Part shown: in pieces, positions 1-9,924 of the stretch | Layout of the letters: each line of letters opens with the position of its first letter | Numbering within the stretch: the stretch's first letter is position 1 | NCBI RefSeq assembly: GCF_006345805.1 | Contig: NW_021825388.1 | Location: 1 to 15,988, forward strand | Length of the DNA: 15,988 nucleotides | Source: Octopus sinensis | Taxonomy: Eukaryota | Direction of reading: 5' to 3' | Notes under the pieces: model-generated | Told to the model about the DNA's origin: nothing | Database searches by the model: none | The model's input: the letters and a program-made list of their open reading frames with translations, nothing else | Position numbers and translations under genes: made by a program

Positions 1-110
1 CGCGTTGAAGGTTTTTAAGTCAAACAAGTTGACACTAGTATTTCTTTTATGTTCGATACTCCTTCTATCGGTTCACTTTTTGCCGAACTGCATTGGTATG
101 GCAGCGTAAC
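1..110 (-). mobile_element. Partial, diverged 3' part of SINE family C (cut by window edge)
   Basis: 1-31 (cgcgttgaaggtttttaagtcaaacaagttg) aligns with the reverse complement of 9577-9606 (cgcattgaaggttttagtcgaataaatcgg). 'ttctatcggttcactttttgccgaac' matches the family motif as I recall it. Confidence 0.7.
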
Positions 111-250
111 GGAGTCGAACGGTGGAGGTACAGCTGCAAAAATACACATAATCTCCGTCTCCTCCAAATATTTGAACATGCCGACCTGTTCTACAATAAC
201 TCTTTAGATATTGAGCAGCTCTGGTGTTTTTGACAGACAGACACACAGAC

Positions 251-353
<103 letters not shown>

Positions 354-360
354 TTGATAT

Positions 361-1150
361 TTTGGCTTGGTAGGATTGGAGGAACAGTCGCTGTTCATTG
401 GCATCGCGAACTTTCTTATATCGGTGAGGTTGATCCTATTGAACCTTTGCAAGACCACACTTTCAGGAATCACACGAGCAGGAGGGAAGTTTCAGGGATG
501 GCGTGTAGGAAATACTATGCGTAGGAATTAGTAAGGCATATCAGGGTTTGGACGCAAGGAGTGTTATGAGCGGAGGAGGAAGAAGCAGTGGCCTGTGGAT
601 GCACTGGTCGAGGCAGAATGAGTGCAGCCATATCTGAAGAGCAGAGAACATTACATTAATAGCAGAAGAGACTGTGACCCTATGTTTCGCACGTGTCTGC
701 GAATGACTTTATATTACTCAATATAGTGGCCTCTTCTTCGTTTGTTTGTACTGCAGCAGCACTGACCCCAATTTGAAAGGTACGTGGTCAAGTCCAGTAG
801 CAATGCAGGTTTGAAATGCTCTGGAACGGTAGAAAGGGTGATATCTGTTGTGAGCAGTATTTAGTTGATGCCAAGTTGGCGGCTCCCTCTGCGGGGAAAC
901 TACTTCACAAAATCATCGCTGAACGAAAGAGGATTAGGCAAATTTGGCTGAAACCTGTGTGTAAAAAGGGATCAGAAAGAGTGGGTGCAGTTCGGAAGTT
1001 AAATAGGTTAAGAGTTACAACATGTACGAAGTCATCTTTAATGATTTGGATGATGGTATGGCTGGGGTTATGTTGCTGGGTAAATACCATCCAAGTTTTC
1101 TGAAAGTTGAGTTTCATCGGGAGTTGTAGACGCTGTTTTAATTTGTGTTT
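361..1150 (-). pseudogene. Possible decayed retroelement ORF1/gag-like remnant
   Basis: One minus frame stays largely open across about 700 nt with scattered stops (KQRLQLPMKLNFQKTW...SAMIL*SSFPAEG...HCYWT*PRTFQIG...DTCET*GHSLFCY*CNVLCSSDMAA...). It contains a possible degraded zinc knuckle (CY*CN). No firm family recognition. Confidence 0.25.
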
Positions 1151-1529
1151 AGTTGTTGTGTATGAATAGTTTCAATGAAATTCTGGTTGACCTGCTTATT
1201 AGTAAGTTTGAGGACATGGAGTTCTCGCTGCGTAATGGATGCCGCGAGACATGCTAAAAGGATAGTTTCAGTAACATATCTGTTTCTGAAGAGTCACAAG
1301 AGAAGCACTTACACAAATATATTTACAATACGTAATTTCGAGGTACGTCATTTTCGAAATTACGTCGTTCTTTGTTGTTTTTTTTTATTGGAAAAATAAA
1401 CAAATAAGCCACGATTTCAGTCGATATATCCGAATTTACATATTTAATGCACAAATTCTTTTAAAAAACGACGGAACTGGGAAATTGGAAAATCAAATAA
1501 AATGTTTGTAAAAATATATAAGCATTTGG

Positions 1530-1713
1530 GGGGGGGGGAGGTAAGTCGATTATATCGACTCTACTACGCAATCGGTACTTAATTTATCGACCCCGAAAAG
1601 ATGAAAGACAAAGTTGACCTCGGCGGAATTTGAACTCAGAACATAAAGACAGTCGAAATACCACTAAGCAGCATTTCGCCCGGCATGCTAACATTCCCGC
1701 CAGTTCGCCGGCT
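1530..1713 (-). mobile_element. SINE family A copy, 3'-shortened, imperfect TSD
   Basis: Reverse strand reads head ...ctggcgggaatgttagcatgccgggcgaaatg..., B-box-like gagttcaaattcc and core ctttgtctttcatcttttcggggtcgataaattaagtacc. Flanking direct repeats: tatataagcatttgg (1515-1529) and tatataaatcatttgg (1714-1729). Confidence 0.9.
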
Positions 1714-2130
1714 TATATAAATCATTTGGTAAAAAAAAAGCTTTTCTGTTTACATCGTTTTTCGACTTAAGTCGCATGTCTTGGAACCATTTACCGACGT
1801 AAGTTGAGGCATGCCTACATTGCCAGACGTTGTTTGCATAAAGCTGATGGAACTACAACAAATCAGTTGGCAAGAAATGTCTTGAAGATCGCAGCAGGGT
1901 AGGAAGTGATAGGTGCATGGCGGGTGTGTGTTGAGTAGTTGCAATGAGACGGTGACCGAACGACACTTAAGTAGGAGACACGGTTACAAATTGGTAGAGA
2001 TTAAGCTCAGAGGTGAGAAGCAGATCTCAAGGGTATTTAGGTGTCAACTGTGTGTTGATCTCGAATGGTTAGAGGGGATAAGAAAAGAAGATATAGGGGC
2101 TTCGGAATTGCAAGCAATTACGTGTGAACG

Positions 2131-2155
2131 TGAGTGTGTGTGCCTGTGTATGTAC

Positions 2156-2191
<36 letters not shown>

Positions 2192-2238
2192 CTGTGTGTG
2201 TGTATGTATATAAATATGTATATATGTGTGTATATATA

Positions 2239-2270
<32 letters not shown>

Positions 2271-2396
2271 CGTATGTATGTGTTTGTGTATGCATTTGTG
2301 TATGTATATACGCACGCATATGCAACGAGACAATGAGATTCATACATCCACATACATGTACATCTACATATCCACACATGCATAGACATACACTGC

Positions 2397-2439
<43 letters not shown>

Positions 2440-2972
2440 ATACGTTTATATATATAGATGTATGTATGTATATACACATCCATATACAAATATATATATA
2501 TATATGAGAGAGAGAAATATAGAATTTCGCATATATATATATAGGTACATACAAATGTATGTGTATATACACATAAATAAATAAATAAATATATATATAT
2601 GTTTGTGTGTGTATGTATGTATGTATGTATATATGCACAAACATATATACTAATATACGTATATCTAAGAATGTACATATGAACAGGTGTATCATTGTAT
2701 GATGTATGTAAACTAAATGCGAGTATGGAGTTACGTTTGCATAAATTCCCGTTTATATTCATACATAACGCTGTTGGGTTTGTAAACATTTTGAATATAA
2801 AAATACGCACGGTCATCCATACATACACACATGTCTATGCATATAAATATGCGTAAGTATATACAAATGCAAACACACACACATATAGATATATACGTAC
2901 ATATACACATTCATAGATACAGACATAGACACACAACTATGTGTATGTGTGTGTGTGTATGTGTGTGTGTAT
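2131..2972. repeat. Compound (TA)n/(TG)n/(TATG)n microsatellite field
   Basis: Direct reading. It explains the overlapping Y/I/C/V-rich ORFs. Confidence 0.92.
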
Positions 2973-3133
2973 GGAGATGGTTGGTAGTAAAATAATATAT
3001 GAGTATTTATCGTGTTCTGCAGACGAGGGTGTTTATAAGTGAGATTAAATGATAGAGGCAGAGGGGTGAGAGAAAAAGAGATGAAGATGGCATGAGGAAA
3101 ATATGAAAGACATAGAATGCAGGGACAGAAAAG

Positions 3134-3160
3134 AAGAGAGAGAGAGAGAGAGAGAGAGAG
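3134..3160. repeat. (GA)n microsatellite within a purine-rich tract
   Basis: Direct reading. Confidence 0.95.
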
Positions 3161-3443
3161 GCGGTGATATGGAGAGGGTTAAAGAAACATCAAGGGATAT
3201 GGGTGGAGAGAGACAGGGAGTGTGAAAGATGGGCAAGATGTATTGAATAACAAAGATAAAGTAATGGAAAATATAGATGAAAGAGAAAGAGTGATGGAGG
3301 CCGAAGAGTAAAGAAAGACAGAAAAAAAAGTTGGAGTCAAAGGTCAAAGATCAAAATCCCTGTTCTTAAGAATTTTAGTAAGCATTTAAAAGGTGCGGAG
3401 GTTTGGTAAGGTGAGATGATATATGGTGGAGTGGTGAAAAGTT

Positions 3444-3629
3444 ATTGATGATGATGATGATGATGATGTAGTTGGTAGTGTTGTTGTTGTTGGTGGTGTT
3501 GGTGATGGTGACTGTGGGTTGGTGGTGTAGTAATACTGGTGGTGGTGCTTGTTTTTGTTACTATTTCCCAGGTGGTGGTGTGCGGTGGCAGTGTTGATGG
3601 TGGTGGTGGTGGTGGTGGTGGTGGTGGTA
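3444..3629. repeat. Mixed (GAT)n/(GTT)n/(GGT)n trinucleotide low-complexity tract
   Basis: Direct reading. Pure (TGG)n at 3598-3627. Confidence 0.9.
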
Positions 3630-5353
3630 GTGGAACGTAGGCGAAATGTTTGGACGCGTCGATAATTTATTTCAAAAGCATTTTCTGTAAGGGTTACGGA
3701 CAGGAAGTAAAACTGAAATAAATAAAACAGCTCAAAGGTGAAACATTGAAAACGAAAGTGAAAGTAAAAGTAAAAGAAAAAAATCCTTTTTAATGTACGA
3801 AAAACATTAAACAAAGTAAGAAAAACAAATAAGAAATAGTAAAGTAATAAAAACAAGTGATAAAGAAAGTAATAAAAATAGACATGTATGAAGGAAGAAG
3901 AAGATTCTGGTGAGATATGTCTTGGAGATGAGTGAGGAAGCGATAATGCCTGAAGGGCGGTGGTGTGGAGAGGGGGGGAAAACACCTCCTACGTTGTAAT
4001 TTGAGCATTAGAATGCTATAAACATCAGTGGGTAACGGGATCGGCAACAGGGGATGAGGCAATGTTTAGCAATATCATGCGAAAGAAGGAAAGAAGCGGG
4101 TGGATGGAGAACGAAGTGTAGCAGATGGTGGGAGAGATATCGGGATGAATAGATGGAGAGGTTAAGGGTTCGAATAAATTTGCCTTTGTGATATTACTTA
4201 TTTACATCTGTTGTTCGGGTTTTTGTTCCCATTCGTAACTGTCCTAATGCTAATGGATATCTACTTCCCTATACAAAACCGAAGACGCTTTCCGATCTTT
4301 TCCGATGCTTTCACATCAACAATGAATATTGATAACCTTAATGAGTGTACAGCTGGAACAGATTTCGTAAACTATCGGCCGAAGCTCCTACGATTCATTC
4401 CGCCATCAGAGACGTTTGAGCTTAAACATAAATCGTTGTCGTTGCTATTGGTATCATTCTATAACTCCTGTTTAATCATCAATCAGGCAGAAAAACGATC
4501 AAAGACGTCCCAGGGCGAAACCATCGCGTCTGTTTAAGTATGAAAAATGCATTATTTAATATAAGCGTCCTTCTTTATCCTGTATGTTACAGATACTTTA
4601 GTGAGATTTGGCTACTATTTCTAGTAGATCGTGAATCATCGTAGATGTTCGTGCCTTGGCTCGAATTTTTTCATCTAGGGTTATAAAAGTTTCTCCCCAT
4701 CTGTAGCACCTTACTCCCTAGTCAACACTGTGATTAGCAACTGAGATGCTGTATAATTGATGGCAGATTCGTCACATTGAATGAGTGGCAGTTTCAAATC
4801 TCTCTCGTTCTGTGCAACACCGGTTAAAGACCTTCATGGTTACTATTGCTTAAGGTATTACCAAGAGAAGCTCAACTTAGACGTTTGGCTTGTTAACAAA
4901 ACGACTGTATCACTTTCAAAACACACGCAAATGTATTTTTTAAAAAAAGCAGTGATATCGGACAAAGTGTTCCCAACAACACAAGTCTCAATAAAAGACA
5001 TGCTAAAAATAACGATGCTAAAAATAACGTTAAACCGACTTAAAAGCAATTCTATCGAAACTGCGCTTTCTTTTCTCCCCCTTTTTTTTTTTAGTAGAAT
5101 GGATATCTTTGATATCATGTTTTCTGCAAATTTTGTTTCAAATGCACAGTTTTTTACTTTCGCTTATTTTCACAGTTTTTTAAATCTGTACATGCTTAGA
5201 TATCTTCTGCTATGAAACAGAAACAAAACTGTCCCTTACATCAATTAACTCTATGTCTATGGATGTATAAGGGATAGCATTTTTAGTTTACACTATGTAC
5301 AAAAATCGTTGCTTCATATTAGGAAAAAAAACCGCCCGTTTATCCGTTCCTGC

Positions 5354-5400
<47 letters not shown>

Positions 5401-5416
5401 GAGTGTGTGTGTGTGT
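5354..5416. repeat. (TG)n-(GA)n-(TG)n compound microsatellite
   Basis: Direct reading. Confidence 0.95.
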
Positions 5417-5440
5417 ACATGTGCACACATACGTATGTGT

Positions 5441-5624
5441 AATTCTTTCTAATTTTGGCACAAAGCCAGTAAATTTTCTAAAGGAGGGGTAAGTCGATCA
5501 TAGTCCACAAAACGATGAAAGACAAAGTCGATCTCTGTTGAATTTGAACTCAGAACGTAAGGACAGACAAAATACAGCAACGCATTTTCGCCGACTTACT
5601 AACGGATTCTGCAAGGTCGCCGCC
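5441..5624 (-). mobile_element. SINE family A copy with internal deletion
   Basis: Shares gatgaaagacaaagtcga...gaatttgaactcagaacgtaa with 1530-1713 and 5641-5795. It lacks about 30-35 nt of the core that is present in those copies. Confidence 0.85.
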
Positions 5625-5640
5625 GTCTAGAAATATTAAT

Positions 5641-5795
5641 AATCTTTTCTACTCTAGGTACAAGGCCCGAAATTTTGGGGGAAGGGGCCAGTCGATTAGA
5701 TCGGCCCCAGTACGTAATTGGTACTTAATTTATCGACCTCGAAAGGATGAAAGGCAAAGTCGACCTCATCGGAATTTGAACTCAGAACGTAAAGA
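5641..5795 (-). mobile_element. SINE family A copy, 5'-truncated
   Basis: aatcttttctactctaggtacaaggcccgaaattttggggg...gtacttaatttatcgacctcgaaaggatgaaaggcaaagtcgacctcatcggaatttgaactcagaacgtaaaga; clear similarity to the other copies in the window. Confidence 0.93.
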
Positions 5796-5964
5796 TATGA
5801 ACTTTTTAATCACGTAAACATGCATTCTAGAGAATTTGTCTTCTGTTTCTGTTTTCTGATCATGCGGTCGAGAACAAAATATATTCCTGGATACACGGCA
5901 CCAGACTAACCATACTCTTCAGAAAGCGGTCATAGTTCAATCATAATTATACTTTGTTGTAGCA

Positions 5965-6142
5965 GAATGCAAAGCGCTATTTCACCCGTCGCTACGTTCT
6001 CAGTTCAAATTCCACCGAGGTCAACTTTGCTTTTCATCCTTTCAGGGTCAATAAATTAATTACCCCTTGAGTACTGGCATCAATGTGATCGACTGTACCT
6101 TCCCCACAAAATCCAGACCGTGTGCCTATAGTGGGAAGGAAT
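5965..6142 (+). mobile_element. SINE family A copy, 5'-truncated, 19-bp TSD
   Basis: Core cagttcaaattccaccgaggtcaactttgcttttcatcctttcagggtcaataaattaattacc. Flanks attatactttgttgtagca (5946-5964) and attatactttgcagtagca (6143-6161) match at 17/19. Confidence 0.9.
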
Positions 6143-6872
6143 ATTATACTTTGCAGTAGCATGCGATAGCGTTACATTTGAACGCAGTTCGTAAATTTAG
6201 ACGAGTTTTTAAGCCTTGGTGACGATGAGGACTCCGAAGTCTGAAGTGATTCCGCACAAGCGATCACATAGTGTTGTTATACACGGTCATTTTACTCACG
6301 ACGATGAAACATATTTTGCATTCGTGCTATAGGAAGTTGAACAATATACAATAAAAATGATGTTTATATACTTTAGTCTCTGAATATACTAATTTAACTA
6401 CAGAAATTTGTAATAAATAAATATAGTTATTGTGAGTATATTTAATATTGCAGTTTTGATTTTACAGTTTTATTGTACAATAAACTTTATATATTCTCAC
6501 AAAATCTAACTACATCGAGCGGAACACCAGAATGTTACCATTTAAAGGGACATTAAGATAGAGGTTCTCGTCTTGGTTTCCTGTTTCGAAAATGAAGGAG
6601 ACATATGTACAAAAAAAATTTCTTGTTTTAGATACAATGTTAGAAGCATCTGGAACGTATAAACTCTTCACTCTTCTTTCACTTGACAGTTTTAGGTAAT
6701 ACGAATAATGGTTATAGCGAGTAAGCTGCCAGAATCGCTTGAGAGTCGCACAAAACACCTTTACTTTCTGAGTTCAAATCGTACCTATGACAAGTATGTC
6801 GGTCATCCAGGTCTATATTTAAGGGATGAGGAATTATTCCCATTGTTTATGTATATTTACTTCACGGGCATT

Positions 6873-6927
6873 TGGCGTAGTGGTTAAGAGCGCGGGCTAC
6901 CAACACCAAGATTCCGAGTTCAATTCC
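6873..6927 (+). promoter_or_regulatory. RNA polymerase III internal promoter (A box and B box)
   Basis: A box tggcgtagtgg at 6873-6883 (TRGCNNAGTGG); B box agttcaattcc at 6917-6927 (GGTTCRANNCC-like); tRNA-like spacing. Confidence 0.8.
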
Positions 6928-7041
6928 AGACAGTGACTTAAATAATAACAATAACAACAACAATAATAACAATAATAATAATAATAATAATAACATCGAA
7001 AAATACCTTAGGAATGAGAACCCAGGTTCGAAATTTCCCCA

Positions 7042-7090
7042 TGACACCCGATGAAGGTTGGAGGGCATATCAGCCGAAACAGTTGTGTTA
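7042..7090 (+). ncRNA. Degenerate minimal type I hammerhead ribozyme motif
   Basis: Stem I tgacac (7042-7047) / gtgtta (7085-7090); core ccgatga (7048-7054, one change from CUGAUGA); one extra A; stem II ggttg (7056-7060) / cagcc (7071-7075); gaaac (7076-7080); GUU triplet (7082-7084). Confidence 0.6.
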
Positions 7091-7879
7091 ACAACAAACA
7101 AGATGAGGACAAATATCCGTCAAATGTAAATAATGTATATCGGTCAATAAAATTAAGTCCATACAGCCAAGGGTAGTGAAGCGAGGGAATCGTTTTAGAG
7201 TTGGAGAAAAAAAACCTAGTTCAAGCTCTATATTGGCCTTCACTCGTCCCTTTGGAGCTTCGACAAATGTCGTGAAAAGAGAATCTTTGGATACAAGGTC
7301 AACAGTTGAACAGTTTTTGGCAAGACTTTACCTACACAGTGGTAATCAATTTCATATCGGCAAAACCATGGTCACCGGAGATATTGAGATGTGTTGGTAA
7401 TATAGGTACGACTGTGGGTGGATGGGTGTGCGTGTGCAGGTGGTTACCAATATTATTTGTGTTCATTCGAATGGAAATATTTGCATCCCTTGTAAATGGG
7501 GCTATTTCACTAAAAGATTAATTATTGCAGAGACTTTTCGGGTTTCTGCGGTAGTAAAGAGGTTTAACCGGGGCGATGGACCCTATTAGATGTGGCAGAC
7601 AAAATCGTTTTCAAATGACAACCTACTGTCTTAAAGAGAAGAAAAGATGCTTTGAGTATACATTGTAGAATGTAGGCGGGAAAATCAAAGATGTATGTGA
7701 TTGTAGGTCTGACCTGAACAACAATGACAACGAGTGGTTGTGGGGAGGGGAGGAATAGGAGACATTAATGGGAAATTTATTAAAAAAAATTGCACAGAAG
7801 CAGTTTTGGGCAGAAAAAAATAGACAGAAGAAAAAACTGAAAAGATTATGTCGTAAATCATGAGACAATTCATGGACAT

Positions 7880-7964
7880 ATATATATATGTGTGGCTGTG
7901 CGTGTGTGTGTGTATGTTCATATACACGCACATACTGAGTTGTATATACATACACATACACATA

Positions 7965-8011
<47 letters not shown>

Positions 8012-8126
8012 CTGTTTATAAATTTACACGTATCTGTTGCGTGAGTGAGTGCAAGTCATAAATAATGGTAGAATACATACATGTGTGTATTTTTACACAC
8101 ACACACACACACATAGATATATATAT

Positions 8127-8159
<33 letters not shown>

Positions 8160-8292
8160 TTGTGTGTGTGTGTATGTATACACACACATACACATCTACA
8201 TTTGTTTAACTGCTGTGCAACGAAGAGTGTATGTGTGAGCATGTATGTGCGCATGTATGCATGCATCTGTGTGTGTATGTATTGTGCATACA

Positions 8293-8343
<51 letters not shown>

Positions 8344-8385
8344 GTGTGTGTGTGTTTTTATATATGCATGTGTGTGTGTGTGCAG
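7880..8385. repeat. Compound (TA)n/(CA)n/(TG)n microsatellite field
   Basis: Direct reading. Confidence 0.92.
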
Positions 8386-8574
8386 TTTATTGATAGGTGA
8401 CCTACAATTGAACAGCGAATACATGTTTATATTGGAACAAATCGGTGGAGCGAACAAAAGACATAAACAGAATTGGAAAGGTGATAAACCTGGTTTCGCA
8501 CAAATTTTATTCCCTTTCACGAATCGTTTATGTTTTTCGGTATTCTAGTGCTTTCCTTCGAAATAGAAACCTAT

Positions 8575-8580
8575 GTATTC

Positions 8581-8654
<74 letters not shown>

Positions 8655-8840
8655 GAGAGAGAGAGACATTATATATATACATTTATCTATATAAGTGTGT
8701 ATATATATGCTTGTTTATATATATATATATATATATATCGTATATAATATATTTGTATACATATATATATATATCATCAGTGTCATCCTCATCATCATTT
8801 TACGTGGCTCATACACACGTACACACGCACACACACGTAC

Positions 8841-8882
<42 letters not shown>
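8575..8882. repeat. (TA)n-(GA)n-(TA)n-(CA)n compound microsatellite
   Basis: Direct reading: (TA)n about 8583-8632, (GA)n about 8633-8665, (CA)n about 8815-8882. Confidence 0.95.
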
Positions 8883-8884
<2 letters not shown>

Positions 8885-9103
8885 CAAAACCGTGATGGAA
8901 ACCTCACCATCCAAAATTGTTCGTAAGATTGATGACAACATATAAACAAACATAAAAATTCATCGCGATTTCATTGGTTACCGAAAGAATTTCCAGCAAA
9001 AACGACCTCACATGGAATTCTTCTGCACGGTTCAAGAATTTACGGCTACTAAAAAAAAAGTAAATATATATATATATAAACATAAACATAAAAATTGATA
9101 TAC

Positions 9104-9659
9104 GGGGGGTAACCATGACTGGTTAAGAATCGTGCTTTCCAACTACATGGTTCCGGGTTCAGTTCCATCGCCTGGCACCTTGGGAAACATCGTCTACTAT
9201 AGCCTCAGGTCAACAAAAGCCTTGGGAGTGGATTTTTTGGACCGTAGCTAAAAGAAGCTAGGGACTTCGAAGCCGTTGGTTTTTGTTTAAGAATCATAAT
9301 TTTGTACTCTACGAAAGAATAGAGATTGTTTTTATTAGAACTGGACCTAAAAAGAAACTGTGTCGTGTGTGTTGTGTGTGTGAGTGAGTGTGTGATGTGT
9401 GTCTATGTGCACGTGTGTGTGTTTGTATGTATATATCTACACAGGTGTGCTTTTGTGTTTGTTCTCCCACTGATGCTTGAAACCGGTGTTAGTTTGTTTA
9501 CGTCTTCATACAAGCAGTCCAGCACACATGAAAGGATAGAATAAATATCAGGCTTTAAAAAATCGAAGTAAAAAGGGCCGATTTATTCGACTAAAACCTT
9601 CAATGCGGTCTGCCGGCTGCCGTCCAATGACTGAAACTAGTAAACGATAAAAGATAAAG
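9104..9659 (+). mobile_element. SINE family C (tRNA-derived, CORE-like centre, internal TG tract), diverged, near full length
   Basis: tRNA-like head (ggttaagaatcg...ccgggttcagttcc); CORE-like ggcaccttgggaaacatcgtctactatagcctc; TG-rich segment about 9360-9450; 3' part ending atgactgaaactagtaaacgataaaagataaa. The 3' part has an inverted homologue at 1-110. The 5' boundary is approximate. Confidence 0.8.
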
Positions 9660-9686
9660 GGCATACACGTTCGCAAGCAGATGCAA

Positions 9687-9913
9687 TGTGGTGGCACGTG
9701 GTTTAGTGGTTAGAGTGTTGGGTTCGTGATCGGGAGACACGTTGTGTTTTTGAGCGAAACACTTCATTTCACTGCGCTCCAGTCCACTCAGCTGGCAAAA
9801 GTGAGTTAATCCTGCGGTGGACAGGCGCCCCGTCCAGGAGGGGAATATCTACGCCATGGAAACCAGAAAAACGGCCCAATATGACTCGAGAAGGTAACTT
9901 TACCTTTACTTTG
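9687..9913 (+). mobile_element. SINE family B with perfect 11-bp TSD
   Basis: A-box-like tggtttagtgg at 9699-9709; CORE-like ttgtgtttttgagcgaaacacttcatttcac; tail aactttacctttacttt; TSD agcagatgcaa at 9676-9686 and 9914-9924. Confidence 0.9.
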
Positions 9914-9924
9914 AGCAGATGCAA

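Larger units (their letters stand above)
6863..7140 (+). mobile_element. tRNA-headed non-autonomous element with internal (AAT/AAC)n and a Penelope-like, hammerhead-bearing 3' part
   Basis: tRNA-like head with A and B boxes, (AAT/AAC)n at 6941-6993, then a unique tail containing a hammerhead-like fold at 7042-7090. It matches an abundant octopus repeat as I recall it (not verified). Confidence 0.75.
6722..7160 (+). mobile_element. Old SINE family A copy split in two (6722-6808 and 7141-7160) by an insertion
   Basis: 6722-6808 follows the family head (aagctgccagaatcg...ttctgagttcaaatc...tcatcc). 7141-7160 (cggtcaataaaattaagtcc) resumes at about the next core position (family: tcatcctttcggggtcgataaattaagtacc). 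Confidence 0.55.

Noticed and set aside
1223-1249. Small hairpin tctcgc-t-gcgt-aatgg-atgc-c-gcgaga
   Set aside because: Short and imperfect, with no poly-T tract or other context.
5000-5029. Tandem 15-bp duplication atgctaaaaataacg
   Set aside because: Ordinary slippage duplication; the surrounding ORF 4781-5215 has no recognisable product.
6182-6244. Short acidic frame TQFVNLDEFLSLGDDEDSEV* resembling a protein C-terminus
   Set aside because: An in-frame stop lies immediately upstream, there is no clear acceptor, and it is too short to assign.
6863-6937. Functional tRNA gene
   Set aside because: A and B boxes are present, but I see no convincing acceptor stem and it runs straight into a repeat body; it is best read as a SINE head.
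8386-8480. Possible plus-strand exon (tgcag|...aag|gtgata)
   Set aside because: The acceptor lacks a pyrimidine tract and the peptide is unrecognised.
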